Positions 26,590 through 36,279 of a stretch of 64,000 nt of DNA are shown one piece after another. Numbering within the stretch: the first letter of the stretch is position 1; every line of letters starts with the position of its first letter. Origin of the DNA: Candidatus Bathyarchaeia archaeon (GTDB lineage Archaea; Thermoproteota; Bathyarchaeia; 40CM-2-53-6; DTGE01); assembly GCA_038852285.1 (NCBI GenBank), contig JAWCKG010000005.1:16812-80811 (forward strand). Reading direction: 5' to 3'. The position numbers and the translations under genes were made by a program. The notes beneath the pieces are model-generated. The model was not told the DNA's origin. It saw only the letters and a program-made list of their open reading frames with translations, and did not search any database.

Positions 26590-28305
26590 ATCGAATCCTT
26601 TAACACCGATGTATTGGTTATAGGTGGAGGAGGTGCCGCGGCGAGGGCTGCGTTGGCCGCCCGGGAGCGGGGATCCGAGGTCGCGGTGCTAGTGAAAGGC
26701 CGACTCGGTGGAAGCGGGTGCACACCATACGCGGCATCGGAGTGGCTAGCGTTTGGGGCGGCCTTAGGCCACGCGGATCCCAGGGATAGCCCTGAGCAAC
26801 ATTATAAGGACATACTGGAGAAGGGCGCTTACGTGTGCGACCCTAGGCTCGCTAGGATATTGGCCTATGAATCCCCTGAAAGATTGCTCGACTTAGAAAG
26901 CAGGGGAGTTAGGTTCGATAAAACACCTGATGGCAGATTTGTACAGCGGATGTCGGATGGAGCCACCTACCCTAGAGCGTGCGCGAAGGGAGCTGAAACC
27001 GGACGGGAAATCATGAGGGTGCTTTCAAACCAAGTTAAGGAGCTGGGATGCGACGTGTATGAAAATACGATGGCCGTAGACCTAATATCTGTCCGCGATG
27101 CCGTATACGGGGTCATCGCATTAGACATGGAATTGCGTGAATACGAGGTTTTCTGGGCGAAGGCGGTGGTCATGGCCACCGGGGGGGCTGGATCCCTGTT
27201 CAAGCACAACGTCTTCCCTGAGGGGATGACGGGCGACGGCTACGCCATGGCTTACAATGCTGGAGCTGAGCTTGTGAACATGGAGTTCATTCAAATAGGC
27301 CCCGCAATCCTGCGTCCCACGAAATTCGATGTAGGAGGCGTGTTGTGGAGGCTGGGCCCCCGGTTGTACAACAGGCTTGGAGAAGAGTATCTGCGGAAAT
27401 ATCTTCCAGTAGGCGTTACGGTGGAGGAGGTGTACGCCCTGAAAAGCGTGAGCTTTCCCTTCTCCACTAGAAACAACTCCATGTACATTGACATCGCGAA
27501 CTTCACGGAGATCGTGGAGGGTAGAGGAAGTGAAAGCGGCTGCATTTACTTCGACCTAACCCATGTGGATCCAGCTCGAGTCGAGGAGGAAGCTGGGGTT
27601 CCATTCAACTGGCTGAGGAGCTTCGGAGTCGACTTAACGAAAAGCCCTGTGGAAATCGCCCCCGCCGTCCAGCATTTCAACGGCGGCGTACACGTCGGGG
27701 AATGGGGTGAAACAAACTTGAGGGGCCTCTTCGCGGCGGGTGAATGCCAGGGTGGACAGCATGGGGCGGATCGGCCGGGTGGAGACGCCCTAGCCAACTG
27801 TCAGGTCTTTGGGTTTAGGGCCGGTCACATGGCTTCGAAAATGGCTGAAAAAACATCGCTTAGAAAGGCTTCTCATCGTAGGGTTAAGAATCTAATTGAG
27901 AAGCTGCCGAAGCCCATCGACTCCCAGGTGGCTTCCAGGGTGATTAAAGAGATCCAGGAATCCATGTGGAGAAACGTAACCGTGGTGAGGACTGAGAATG
28001 GCCTGCAGGAGGCTTTAAGAACGTTAAGCCGACTGGAGGCTGAGGCGGCGGAGGGACAGAGAGGGGATGGAGACGTCGTTAAATCCTTGGAGATTAGAAA
28101 CATGATCGCGGTTGGTAAGCTGGTTTCCACCGCGGCCATGACCCGCAAGGAGAGCAGGGGCACTCATTATAGAAGGGATTACCCCCAGAAGGGGGGCGAT
28201 GAGTGGTTAAGGTTCGTATGTTTAAAGCGTGTCGATGATCAGGTAACCGCGACGCTTAAGGACGTTGAAACCGGTGAATCTTTAAATGGAGACGCTCCTC
28301 CTTAA
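26590..28305 (+). CDS. FAD-dependent oxidoreductase, SdhA/FrdA/TfrA/NadB superfamily, divergent active site
   Basis: 'TDVLVIGGGGAA', 'ATGGAG', 'TGDGYAMA', 'MEFIQ', 'AAGE', 'HGADRPGG', 'RKESRGTH'. The first ATG/GTG/TTG (26614) lies inside the Rossmann strand; RBS spacing points to ATC at 26590. Confidence 0.85.
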   Translation: MESFNTDVLVIGGGGAAARAALAARERGSEVAVLVKGRLGGSGCTPYAASEWLAFGAALGHADPRDSPEQHYKDILEKGAYVCDPRLARILAYESPERLLDLESRGVRFDKTPDGRFVQRMSDGATYPRACAKGAETGREIMRVLSNQVKELGCDVYENTMAVDLISVRDAVYGVIALDMELREYEVFWAKAVVMATGGAGSLFKHNVFPEGMTGDGYAMAYNAGAELVNMEFIQIGPAILRPTKFDVGGVLWRLGPRLYNRLGEEYLRKYLPVGVTVEEVYALKSVSFPFSTRNNSMYIDIANFTEIVEGRGSESGCIYFDLTHVDPARVEEEAGVPFNWLRSFGVDLTKSPVEIAPAVQHFNGGVHVGEWGETNLRGLFAAGECQGGQHGADRPGGDALANCQVFGFRAGHMASKMAEKTSLRKASHRRVKNLIEKLPKPIDSQVASRVIKEIQESMWRNVTVVRTENGLQEALRTLSRLEAEAAEGQRGDGDVVKSLEIRNMIAVGKLVSTAAMTRKESRGTHYRRDYPQKGGDEWLRFVCLKRVDDQVTATLKDVETGESLNGDAPP

Positions 28306-29775
28306 CCTTCCATCGGCGCTGTAGAGGTTAACCTCGACCTTTCCACCTCCAAGGATGTGAGACGCGCATGCCATGCATGGATCGTATGCCCTCATGACCA
28401 CTTCGATTCTGTTCAAGGAGGCTTCATCCACGGCGCCGCCGCGAAGGATTTTCCCCGCGGCTTTCCTGATTGATATGTTAATGGCGGGGTTGTTGCATGT
28501 GGTGGGTGGTATGAAGTTGGCGGCTTCCACCCTCGCGTCCTCAGTGGGCTTATACCAATGTAACAAAAGCCCTCTAGCAGCCTCCACGACCCCGAAGCCT
28601 TCCTTTAAAGTCGACTCCTGGGGAATATTCCTTACATTCTCATCGGTGATCTCCTCGTCTAAGCTGAGCTCAAGAACCCTTTCAGAAGCGTATAACAGCT
28701 CGATCAGCCTCGCCCAGTGGTAGGCGAAGATGTTGTTGATGGGCTTGCGTTTAAAGGTTTCAACCATCCTCTCGTATTCCCGCTGGGCCTTAGAGGTGGC
28801 CATACCTTTAGCCACGTTTAACCTGGCAAGGGGGCCAACTCTGAAAACACCGTTTTCAGGAGCCTCCGTCAAACCACGCCAACCCACTCGTCTGAGGTAA
28901 GGAAACTTCACGTACGTCCACTCCATTATCTCCTCCGCGACGTGATCAAAGTATTCCTCCGGCCTTATCTTCGCGTACGTCGACCCGTCAGGAGCCGTGA
29001 TCTTAATATCCCCATCATACAGGTTCACATGGCCTTCCCGGTCCACGAGGCCCGCGTCGTAGCTGGTGAGCGCGAAGTCCTCATCTACAAGTAGACCTCT
29101 ATGGTCAGCGTTCTTTAACACCTCTTCATCGTAGAGTTGGAGGGTAAACTCGGCGAACTCCACGCATGACCGAGCCATCTTCTCTATCTCCTTCCTCTCC
29201 TTCTCAGATATGGGTTTAGACAACCCTCCTGGAACTCCGGTGACTGGGTGAACGGCCTTCCCCCCAACGATCTCCACGATCCTCTGTCCGTAAGCCCTAT
29301 GCTCAATCACCTTGCGGCCAACACCCTCCCCATACTTTTTCAGAACTCCTAGAATGTTCCTTTCAGCAGGCTTCTCCCCCACTCCCACAAGGAAGTCTGG
29401 TCCGCTGAGAAAATAGAAGTTGAGGATGTGGTCGGCTATCATGTACCCGTTATGCATCATCTCCCTCAGCTTCGCCGCCGTTGGAGTGGGCTCCAATCCC
29501 AACAGGCTGTCCACCGCCTTCACCGAGGCTAAGTGATGAGCCGGGGAGCATACCCCGCAGATGTTGGAGGTGATCCTAGGCAGGTCCTCGATCAACCTGC
29601 CTACGCAGAATCGCTCGAAGCCCCTGAGCTCCGGAACCTGCAGATATGCGTTTTTAACCCCGCCCCTCTCATCCATGAAGATGTCGATTTTCCCATGCCC
29701 CTCAAGCCTAGTCACGGGATCAATGGTCAATCTGCCCTCCACTATAACCATAGTTTTACCGCCCGCCTCCTCCAA
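28282..29775 (-). CDS. mvhA: Group 3c [NiFe]-hydrogenase large subunit
   Basis: 'TRLEGH', 'RGFE', L1 'ICGVC...H', 'GPLARLN', 'EAARG', L2 'RAYDPCMACASH' plus a C-terminal extension. The start may be the ATG at 29751. Confidence 0.93.
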   Translation of the reverse strand: MEEAGGKTMVIVEGRLTIDPVTRLEGHGKIDIFMDERGGVKNAYLQVPELRGFERFCVGRLIEDLPRITSNICGVCSPAHHLASVKAVDSLLGLEPTPTAAKLREMMHNGYMIADHILNFYFLSGPDFLVGVGEKPAERNILGVLKKYGEGVGRKVIEHRAYGQRIVEIVGGKAVHPVTGVPGGLSKPISEKERKEIEKMARSCVEFAEFTLQLYDEEVLKNADHRGLLVDEDFALTSYDAGLVDREGHVNLYDGDIKITAPDGSTYAKIRPEEYFDHVAEEIMEWTYVKFPYLRRVGWRGLTEAPENGVFRVGPLARLNVAKGMATSKAQREYERMVETFKRKPINNIFAYHWARLIELLYASERVLELSLDEEITDENVRNIPQESTLKEGFGVVEAARGLLLHWYKPTEDARVEAANFIPPTTCNNPAINISIRKAAGKILRGGAVDEASLNRIEVVMRAYDPCMACASHILGGGKVEVNLYSADGRLRRSVSI

Positions 29776-30721
29776 CCCTCACACCTCTACCGATCAGTGA
29801 GGATGAAAAACAGTATTTGTACAGAGCCCCCACCGGGTCCTTTAGGGCCTCTAATGCGCCTATGCTTATAGGTTCATCTGTGGTTAGGATGGATCCTAAG
29901 GCGCCGATCATCCTGGCTCCTTGATCTGAAACGTTAAGCCTCCCGCCGCAGCCCCCGCAGGGCACGTTCGCCTCAACGCATTTGGCTCCACAGCCCCCTC
30001 GTGTAGCGGGCCCCATGCACAGTAAGCCCTGCTCTAAGAAGCATTTCTCCGGGTCCAAGGCCCTCCGGTATAGTCGATTCATGGACTGGACGGTTTTGCT
30101 GACTCTCTCCCTTCGACACTCGTCGCATACACTTTTGTCGGATCCTATGTAGAACTTGGGCCCCTGCGCGTTTCCAGCTGTGAGTATTTGAAACAGCCTC
30201 AGTATCAACTTAACAGGTGGAGGACACCCTGAAACATAGTAGTCGACTTTAGCCACGCTCTCGATGGGTTTGTTCAGCTCCAAGATGTCCGGCAGGTATA
30301 GCTCACCCTCAGGGGCCTTAAACACTCTGCTCGGCTTGACGGCTTGAGGGTTTCCAGTAGTAGGCGTCTCTTCGTATACTGTTTTAAGCATGTCCTGTTT
30401 TGAGCCTAGGTTTGCTAAGCCTTGGGTGCCACCCTCACAGGCGCATGAGCCGAAGGCCACCAGTGTTCTGGCCTTCGACCTCAAAAGTTTGACGATGTGC
30501 TCGTTTTCTTCATTTCTTATAGACCCGTTAACGATGGCCACATCCAAGTTTGGTAGGCTTTCCAGATCCTTGTATTTTACATCCATGGCGACAGGCCAAA
30601 AGACGATGTCTATGTCCTTTAAAACCTCTAGCAAGGCTTCGTTTACATCCAATAGGCCTACGTCGCATCCCCCGCATCCAGCGGCCCAGTAAACCGCCAC
30701 CTTCAGCTTACTCAAGCTCAC
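29756..30721 (-). CDS. mvhG: [NiFe]-hydrogenase small subunit
   Basis: 'GCGGC', 'GSCA..GG', 'GCPP', 'VCDEC', 'CFLEQGLLCMGPATRGGC...C....PCGGC'. Confidence 0.92.
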   Translation of the reverse strand: MSLSKLKVAVYWAAGCGGCDVGLLDVNEALLEVLKDIDIVFWPVAMDVKYKDLESLPNLDVAIVNGSIRNEENEHIVKLLRSKARTLVAFGSCACEGGTQGLANLGSKQDMLKTVYEETPTTGNPQAVKPSRVFKAPEGELYLPDILELNKPIESVAKVDYYVSGCPPPVKLILRLFQILTAGNAQGPKFYIGSDKSVCDECRRERVSKTVQSMNRLYRRALDPEKCFLEQGLLCMGPATRGGCGAKCVEANVPCGGCGGRLNVSDQGARMIGALGSILTTDEPISIGALEALKDPVGALYKYCFSSSLIGRGVRVGGGGR

Positions 30722-31148
30722 TCAACTCCGTAGAGGATTCCTTCAAGGGGTTTGGGCCAAGCCTCTTCAATTCCTCAACGAACTCCCTTACCTTCCTCGA
30801 GAACTCCTCTCCTTCAGAGGCGGATATCCACTCCAATCTAAGCCTTTCCGGCTCGACGCCGAGCTGTGTTAGGAGAAGCTTTAGGATTTGAACTCTGTTC
30901 CGAGCCTTCAGATTCCCGTTGACATAGTGGCAGTCGCTAGGGGGGTGGCAGCCACCTATGAATACGCCGTCGGCGCCTTTTTTGAGGGCCTCCAAGACGA
31001 ATTCAGGGTTTACTCGACCAGTGCACATAACTCTGACGATTTTCAGGTTCGGAGGGTACTGAAACTTGCTTGTACCAGCCATGTCCGCGCCTGCGTATGT
31101 GCACCAATTGCAGGCGAAACAAACTATGTTAGGTTCGAATTCGGACAT
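30708..31148 (-). CDS. mvhD: Hydrogenase [2Fe-2S] subunit
   Basis: 'CNWCTYAGAD', 'RVMCTGRV', 'GADGV..GGCH...CHY..GN', 'WISASEG'. Confidence 0.95.
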   Translation of the reverse strand: MSEFEPNIVCFACNWCTYAGADMAGTSKFQYPPNLKIVRVMCTGRVNPEFVLEALKKGADGVFIGGCHPPSDCHYVNGNLKARNRVQILKLLLTQLGVEPERLRLEWISASEGEEFSRKVREFVEELKRLGPNPLKESSTELSELE

Positions 31149-31151
31149 CGG

Positions 31152-33140
31152 TTAACGCCTCACTGTGGACAAAATGGCTTCAACCTCGCTCTTCAACTGC
31201 TCATCTGTGAAATGCCTCATTTTAATCGCGCCTGAGGGACATGTGGCGCCGCAGACGCCGCATCCTTTACATAGAACTTGGTTGACCTTAGACCTCTTCA
31301 TTCCCTCTCTGACTTCGAGCTCGATCGCGTTGAAGAAGCAGGCCTGAACGCATAGACCGCAGCCCCCACATCGGTCCTCGTCAACCTCGGCTGTTATCGG
31401 CTCGACGGTAACCACTCCCTTAGATAAGAGGGCTGACGCCCTGCTGGCCGCGGCGCTGGCCTGAGCCACCGTGTCCGGTATGTCTTTAGGCCCCTGGGCG
31501 GTGCCGCAAACATATATGCCATCCGTGAACGTTTCAACCGGCCTAAGCTTTGGGTGGGCTTCAGCTAAGAATCCGTCAGGAGTCGTTGAAAGCTTCAGTA
31601 TGGTTCTCAGCTCCTCGACATCGGATGGAATTAGCCCGGCGGCCAACACGACGAGGTCGAATTCTTCCTCGAACACCTCACCCAGATAGGTGTTTTCATA
31701 TCTTAACCTTAAGTTTCCGGAGACGTCTTCAAGCACCTCAGCGACCCGGCCCCTCACCACTTTCACCCCTTCTCCTTGCACCCTTTCCAGAAACTCCTCG
31801 TATCCTTTCCCGAAGCATCTCAAATCTGTGTAAAAGATGACCACATCCGAGCTTGGATCCTTTTCTTTAACCTGGTGTGCTTGCTTGACGGAGGCCATAC
31901 AGCATATCCTAGAGCAGTACTTGTTGGAGTTTACATCCCTAGATCCGACGCATTGTAGGAAAGCTACCCTTCGAGGCGGCTTACGGTCGGAAGGCCTAAG
32001 TATTTGACCATAGGTGGGCCCTGAGGCGCTGACCATCCGCTCGAACTCTAGGTTTGTTATCACGTTTTTGTATCTTCCATACCCATATTCATATTTCTGT
32101 GAGCAGTCGTATGGTTCGTACCCGGTGGCGATGACGATCGCCCCTACCTTGAGCTTCACCTCCACGGGTTTCTGATCAAAGTCCACCGCCTTTTCAGGGC
32201 AAAACTTCTCGCATACCCTGCAAACGCCTTTCTGATGGTACAGGCAGTGCTCTGGGTCTATGGTGTACTTTAAAGGAACAGCCTGTGGGAACGGGATGTA
32301 TATGGCTTTCCGCTCGCCGAGGCCCATGTCGAACTCGTTGGGAACCCTGACGGGGCATTTTTCAGCGCATAACCCGCAGGCCCTGCACAATTCTTCTCGA
32401 ACAAACCTAGGCTTCCTTAAAACGGTGACTTCGAAGCCTCCTACATTACCCCCCACGGACTTTACTTCGGAGTAGACGAGCAATTCGATGTTTTCGTGTC
32501 TCGAGGCCTCTACCATTTTCGGCGTCAGTATACATGAGGAACAATCTAACGTTGGAAACGTCTTGTCAAGTTGAGCCATATGTCCCCCGAGGGAGGGTTG
32601 CTTCTCAACCAAGTAGACTTTGAAGCCTTGATCCGCTAAGTCGAGTGAGGCTTGAATGCCGGCTACGCCACCACCCACCACTAAGACAGATTTTTCCACC
32701 TCTATGGTAAGGGGTTCAAGAGGCTCATTATGGAGGCTTTTCATCACCGCGGCGGCTACCAGAGCCTTGGCCTTCTCCGTAGCCGCTTCTTTTTGGTTCA
32801 TATGAACCCAGGAGCATTGCTCCCTGATGTTCGCTACCTCCAGCAGGTAGGGGTTGAGTCCCGACTCCTTCACCGTCCTCCTGAATGTTTCCTCATGCAT
32901 CCTCGGCGAGCATGCCGCCACAACCACGCGATTTAATCCCCGTTGCTTCACGTTGTCCTTTATCAATCCTTGTCCTGGGTCGGAGCAGAGGTAAACATAG
33001 TGGGTTGAAAACTCTACCCCGGGAAGTTTCCCAGAGAACTCAGCCAAGGCCTCCACGTTTACTGTTCCGGCGATGTTGCTTCCACAATGGCATATGAAGA
33101 CGCCTATTCTCACAGGCTCTTTTAGAGGCTCATCCTTCAC
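31152..33140 (-). CDS. hdrA: Heterodisulfide reductase subunit A
   Basis: 'CHCGSNI', 'ACSPRMHE', 'NIREQCSWVH', 'GGGVAG', 'DKTFPTLDC', 'QCVGSRD', 'YCSRICC', C-terminal ferredoxin domain. Confidence 0.97.
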   Translation of the reverse strand: MKDEPLKEPVRIGVFICHCGSNIAGTVNVEALAEFSGKLPGVEFSTHYVYLCSDPGQGLIKDNVKQRGLNRVVVAACSPRMHEETFRRTVKESGLNPYLLEVANIREQCSWVHMNQKEAATEKAKALVAAAVMKSLHNEPLEPLTIEVEKSVLVVGGGVAGIQASLDLADQGFKVYLVEKQPSLGGHMAQLDKTFPTLDCSSCILTPKMVEASRHENIELLVYSEVKSVGGNVGGFEVTVLRKPRFVREELCRACGLCAEKCPVRVPNEFDMGLGERKAIYIPFPQAVPLKYTIDPEHCLYHQKGVCRVCEKFCPEKAVDFDQKPVEVKLKVGAIVIATGYEPYDCSQKYEYGYGRYKNVITNLEFERMVSASGPTYGQILRPSDRKPPRRVAFLQCVGSRDVNSNKYCSRICCMASVKQAHQVKEKDPSSDVVIFYTDLRCFGKGYEEFLERVQGEGVKVVRGRVAEVLEDVSGNLRLRYENTYLGEVFEEEFDLVVLAAGLIPSDVEELRTILKLSTTPDGFLAEAHPKLRPVETFTDGIYVCGTAQGPKDIPDTVAQASAAASRASALLSKGVVTVEPITAEVDEDRCGGCGLCVQACFFNAIELEVREGMKRSKVNQVLCKGCGVCGATCPSGAIKMRHFTDEQLKSEVEAILSTVRR

Positions 33141-34030
33141 TGGACGCTCACCTTGGTGATCTTCCTTAAAAACGGCTGGGTAGATATGGCGTGGGCCTGT
33201 AACCCCAGAAGTCTTGGGTTTAAGCCAAACGCCAACCCTAGTAGCTGGGTTAAATGGACGACTGGTATGTTATATTCTAAGCCCTTCTTCTCGGCTAGCT
33301 CCCTTTGACCTCTATCGAACTGTAGGTGGCAAAAAGCACATACGTTTAATATGCAATCTGCTTGCGACGCCTTTACGTTCTCCAACTTCTCCTTCGTCAT
33401 GTCTAAGGCGAGCTCCAAGTTGGAGGACCTTACCCCTCCGCCTGCTCCGCAACACATGTGCTTGTCCTTATAATCGACGCTTTCGGCCCCTAGGTTTCGA
33501 ACCAACTCATCCACAAATACGGGTTTCTCAGGGTTATCGATCTTTTTCAGAGTTCCAGGCCTCAGAAGATGACATCCATAGTGCACGGCGATTTTCAATC
33601 CAGTCAAGCTCTGACTCAGCCTTTTCACTTGGTCCAAATGTCCCTCATATATCAGCTTGGCGAAGTGATGAACCTCCACGTTTCCCCTGTAAATCCTTCC
33701 AGTTTTAGAAAGGAGCGCATTCACGGTTTTCCTTGTTTCCTCTTCATTTTTGAGCGTATTGTTTGCTTCAAAGAGGGTCCCGAAGCATCCGTTACACAAG
33801 GTAACCACGTCAGCGCGGTTTTCCTCCGCTATGGCAAGGTTTCGAGCCGCCACCGTCAACCAGGTTTGTTCACTAAAAGAGCCAACAACCCCGGGTGCGG
33901 GGCAGCATGAAGCTCCAAGCATGTCTTTCAAATTCACCCCGAGTTTATTGAAAACCATCTTGGTGGCGGATTCTATGCCAGGATACCTATTAGGGACGAT
34001 GCACCCTAGGAACAGGGAGTAACTCGTCAA
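33137..34030 (-). CDS. hdrB: Heterodisulfide reductase subunit B
   Basis: 'FLGC..PNRYPGIE', 'SCCPAPG', 'CNGC', 'HYGCH..RP', 'CCGAGGG', 'CAFCHLQFD'. Confidence 0.95.
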   Translation of the reverse strand: MTSYSLFLGCIVPNRYPGIESATKMVFNKLGVNLKDMLGASCCPAPGVVGSFSEQTWLTVAARNLAIAEENRADVVTLCNGCFGTLFEANNTLKNEEETRKTVNALLSKTGRIYRGNVEVHHFAKLIYEGHLDQVKRLSQSLTGLKIAVHYGCHLLRPGTLKKIDNPEKPVFVDELVRNLGAESVDYKDKHMCCGAGGGVRSSNLELALDMTKEKLENVKASQADCILNVCAFCHLQFDRGQRELAEKKGLEYNIPVVHLTQLLGLAFGLNPRLLGLQAHAISTQPFLRKITKVSVQ

Positions 34031-34539
34031 CCAGTCATCCTCCTGAAACCAGTGGCCTCCAAGATGGTTTCAAGCTCCTTCAGCGATTCAGGGTAGCTGT
34101 GGACGGTCGGAGGTAGCTCGCTCAAACCTAGGCTTTTCCTGACAGCCCTCACTTCATCGTTTATCGGCACCAAGTGACCTGTATCACAAAATAGCCGGGC
34201 CACCTTTTGATGAGCGGCCTTCATGAACCCCTTTCGAACGGCGATATTCCTCAGCCTCTTTATGACCGAGGTTGGCTGGGCGTCACGGGGGCATCGATCA
34301 AAACAGACATAGCAGGTGGTGCATAGCCACAAATCATCGGAGTTTAACACATCTTCGAAACCCATAAGAACCTTTTCCATCAACCGCCTCACCCTTAACT
34401 GTGTCCTTCGACCAGATGGACAGCTACCCGTACAAGCCCCGCATTGAACGCATTTCAGAAGATTTCGACTATGGGATATGAGTTCATCTAATACGGTTTC
34501 AACGGCTCGGGATCGACTTTCTTGGATGGACGTGGGCAA
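34027..34539 (-). CDS. hdrC: Heterodisulfide reductase subunit C
   Basis: 'CVQCGACTGSCPSGRRT', 'WLCTTCYVCFDRCPR', 'TGHLVP', 'LPPT'. Confidence 0.95.
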   Translation of the reverse strand: MPTSIQESRSRAVETVLDELISHSRNLLKCVQCGACTGSCPSGRRTQLRVRRLMEKVLMGFEDVLNSDDLWLCTTCYVCFDRCPRDAQPTSVIKRLRNIAVRKGFMKAAHQKVARLFCDTGHLVPINDEVRAVRKSLGLSELPPTVHSYPESLKELETILEATGFRRMTG

Positions 34540-34914
34540 AGTTTTCTCCTCAAACCGTGTTGTGGAGAGGGTGCGAGTTGGGTCATATTAACGGAGTTAA
34601 AATATTTAAAGATTATTTAATGTGATGCCGTGCTGGAGACCCCTGCTTTATGACAAAAATATTTTAATTTTATCGGATAAAACCTTCCGATGCTATGTTT
34701 TTTTTAAAAAAAAAGTTTGTCGCTTTACTAAAATTAATTTTCAGATGAGAACTACGAGCTCGCTTTCTTAAACCTCAAATATTATTTAAAAATTTCAAGA
34801 CTTAAACCTATATATAGCACTTTCAAGTGAATTAAACGTGGCTGAAGGCTTTTTTATGTTAAGAGGTTTAAAAATTAATGATTTGTCGGTCTTCGCGACT
34901 GCGTGGGATGCTGT

Positions 34915-35595
34915 ATGAGAAGAAGCCTATCTGGGTGGCTTGATAGGAGGGAGAAGGCGCGGACGTTGAGCATCGCGAAGGAGCAGATGAAGAAGGCTTT
35001 AGACACGGTTTACGAGTTAGAGAAAGGCCTAAGGGAGGCTTCTCAGGGAGATCATGAGGCGTCAAGGAGTTCCATTGAAAGGCTGTTCGTGATGGAGGAG
35101 GAGGTGGATCAGTTAAGGAGGGAGGTTTTTCAGCGCTTAGCGAGGGTTGAGTTGAGGACCAGGGATCGAGAGGACCTCCTGCACTTTGTGAAAAGAATGG
35201 ATGTCATGGCGGATCATGTGAAGGATTCCGCTAGAGCGGTGTTGATCCTATTGAAGTCTAAGTCTATTCCCTCCACCATTTGGGACGGCTTAATCAAAAT
35301 GTCTAAAAGCTTGGTGGAGTGCGCTTCATCGCTGAGGATGAGCATTGAAAGGCTTGAGGACGATGTTAAGAAGGCGGAGGAGTTTTCGCTGAAAGTAGAT
35401 GAATGGGAGCATAAGGTTGATGATCAAAACCTAGATTTGAGGAAGCTTTTAATCGAGGGGGCTGGGAAAATCGATCCCGCCACCCTCATAACTCTTAGGG
35501 ATCTGGTGTTTTCCATGGAGGAGGTGGCGGATAGTTGTGCAGACACCGCCGACTACATACGTGTGTTGATCTCAGGCGGGATGGGCCCCCATTAA
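34915..35595 (+). CDS. DUF47 (PhoU-like phosphate transport regulator) family protein
   Basis: Repeated E-x3-D motifs: 'EEEVDQLRR', 'DREDLL', 'EHKVD', 'EEVADSCADTAD'. Confidence 0.85.
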   Translation: MRRSLSGWLDRREKARTLSIAKEQMKKALDTVYELEKGLREASQGDHEASRSSIERLFVMEEEVDQLRREVFQRLARVELRTRDREDLLHFVKRMDVMADHVKDSARAVLILLKSKSIPSTIWDGLIKMSKSLVECASSLRMSIERLEDDVKKAEEFSLKVDEWEHKVDDQNLDLRKLLIEGAGKIDPATLITLRDLVFSMEEVADSCADTADYIRVLISGGMGPH

Positions 35596-35607
35596 CCGGG
35601 ATATAGA

Positions 35608-36279
35608 TTAGAATAGCCCAACTGTGATTACTCTAATTTGGTCTACTGTGTTTTCACACCAATCTGCGACGTATTCTATGGCGTCTAGCAGCTGGCTGAT
35701 CAATATGGCTTCCCCTGGGTTTATGTTTCCATAATCCATGCTGGGGTAATGCTCCCTAGCTTGCTGGTATAAGCCGTCCACCTCCTCCTCAAGCCTCTCC
35801 ACTTGGTCAGCTATTTTCAAGGATTCTTCCAGGTCTTCGCTGAGCTTGTCAACGCATCTAGCCACCGCGTTAACGCATTCCCCAACCTTGCCAATCATGC
35901 TTAAAACCACGTTCATCAACTCTGATGGTAGCTTATGGATCGGCGCCGACACTAAGATTCTAGCTGCTTCCAAGCTCCAGTCCGCGATCCAGTCGATGAG
36001 GCGAACCAAGCGTAGGAGATCGCCTCTATCAGACGGCTCCAACTCGCTTTTAGCCACCTCCAACGTAATTCTTCTCCTAATCGAGTCCGCTTCCCTTTCA
36101 TGGCTGAACACTAAATTTATGCTGGAGGAAGCCACGTCGACATCTCCTACCGATTTGAATTTAACGGCCTTAGAAAGCTCTTCAAAGCATTTGATTGTTG
36201 AGTCCAAATGGTTTCTAGCCAGCTGAATAACGCTGATCCTTTTTCTTCTATCAAGCCAATCCAATATTCTTTTACTCAA
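35608..36279 (-). CDS. DUF47 (PhoU-like phosphate transport regulator) family protein
   Basis: 'EREADSIRR', 'DRGDLL', 'DWIAD', 'EEEVD', 'EYVADWCENTVD'. Overlaps the ABC ATPase 3' end by 8 bp. Confidence 0.85.
   Translation of the reverse strand: MSKRILDWLDRRKRISVIQLARNHLDSTIKCFEELSKAVKFKSVGDVDVASSSINLVFSHEREADSIRRRITLEVAKSELEPSDRGDLLRLVRLIDWIADWSLEAARILVSAPIHKLPSELMNVVLSMIGKVGECVNAVARCVDKLSEDLEESLKIADQVERLEEEVDGLYQQAREHYPSMDYGNINPGEAILISQLLDAIEYVADWCENTVDQIRVITVGLF

Noticed and set aside
28282..34539. Selenocysteine or pyrrolysine recoding in Hdr/Mvh subunits
   Set aside because: All ORFs are uninterrupted and have Cys at the positions that are Sec in Methanococcales.
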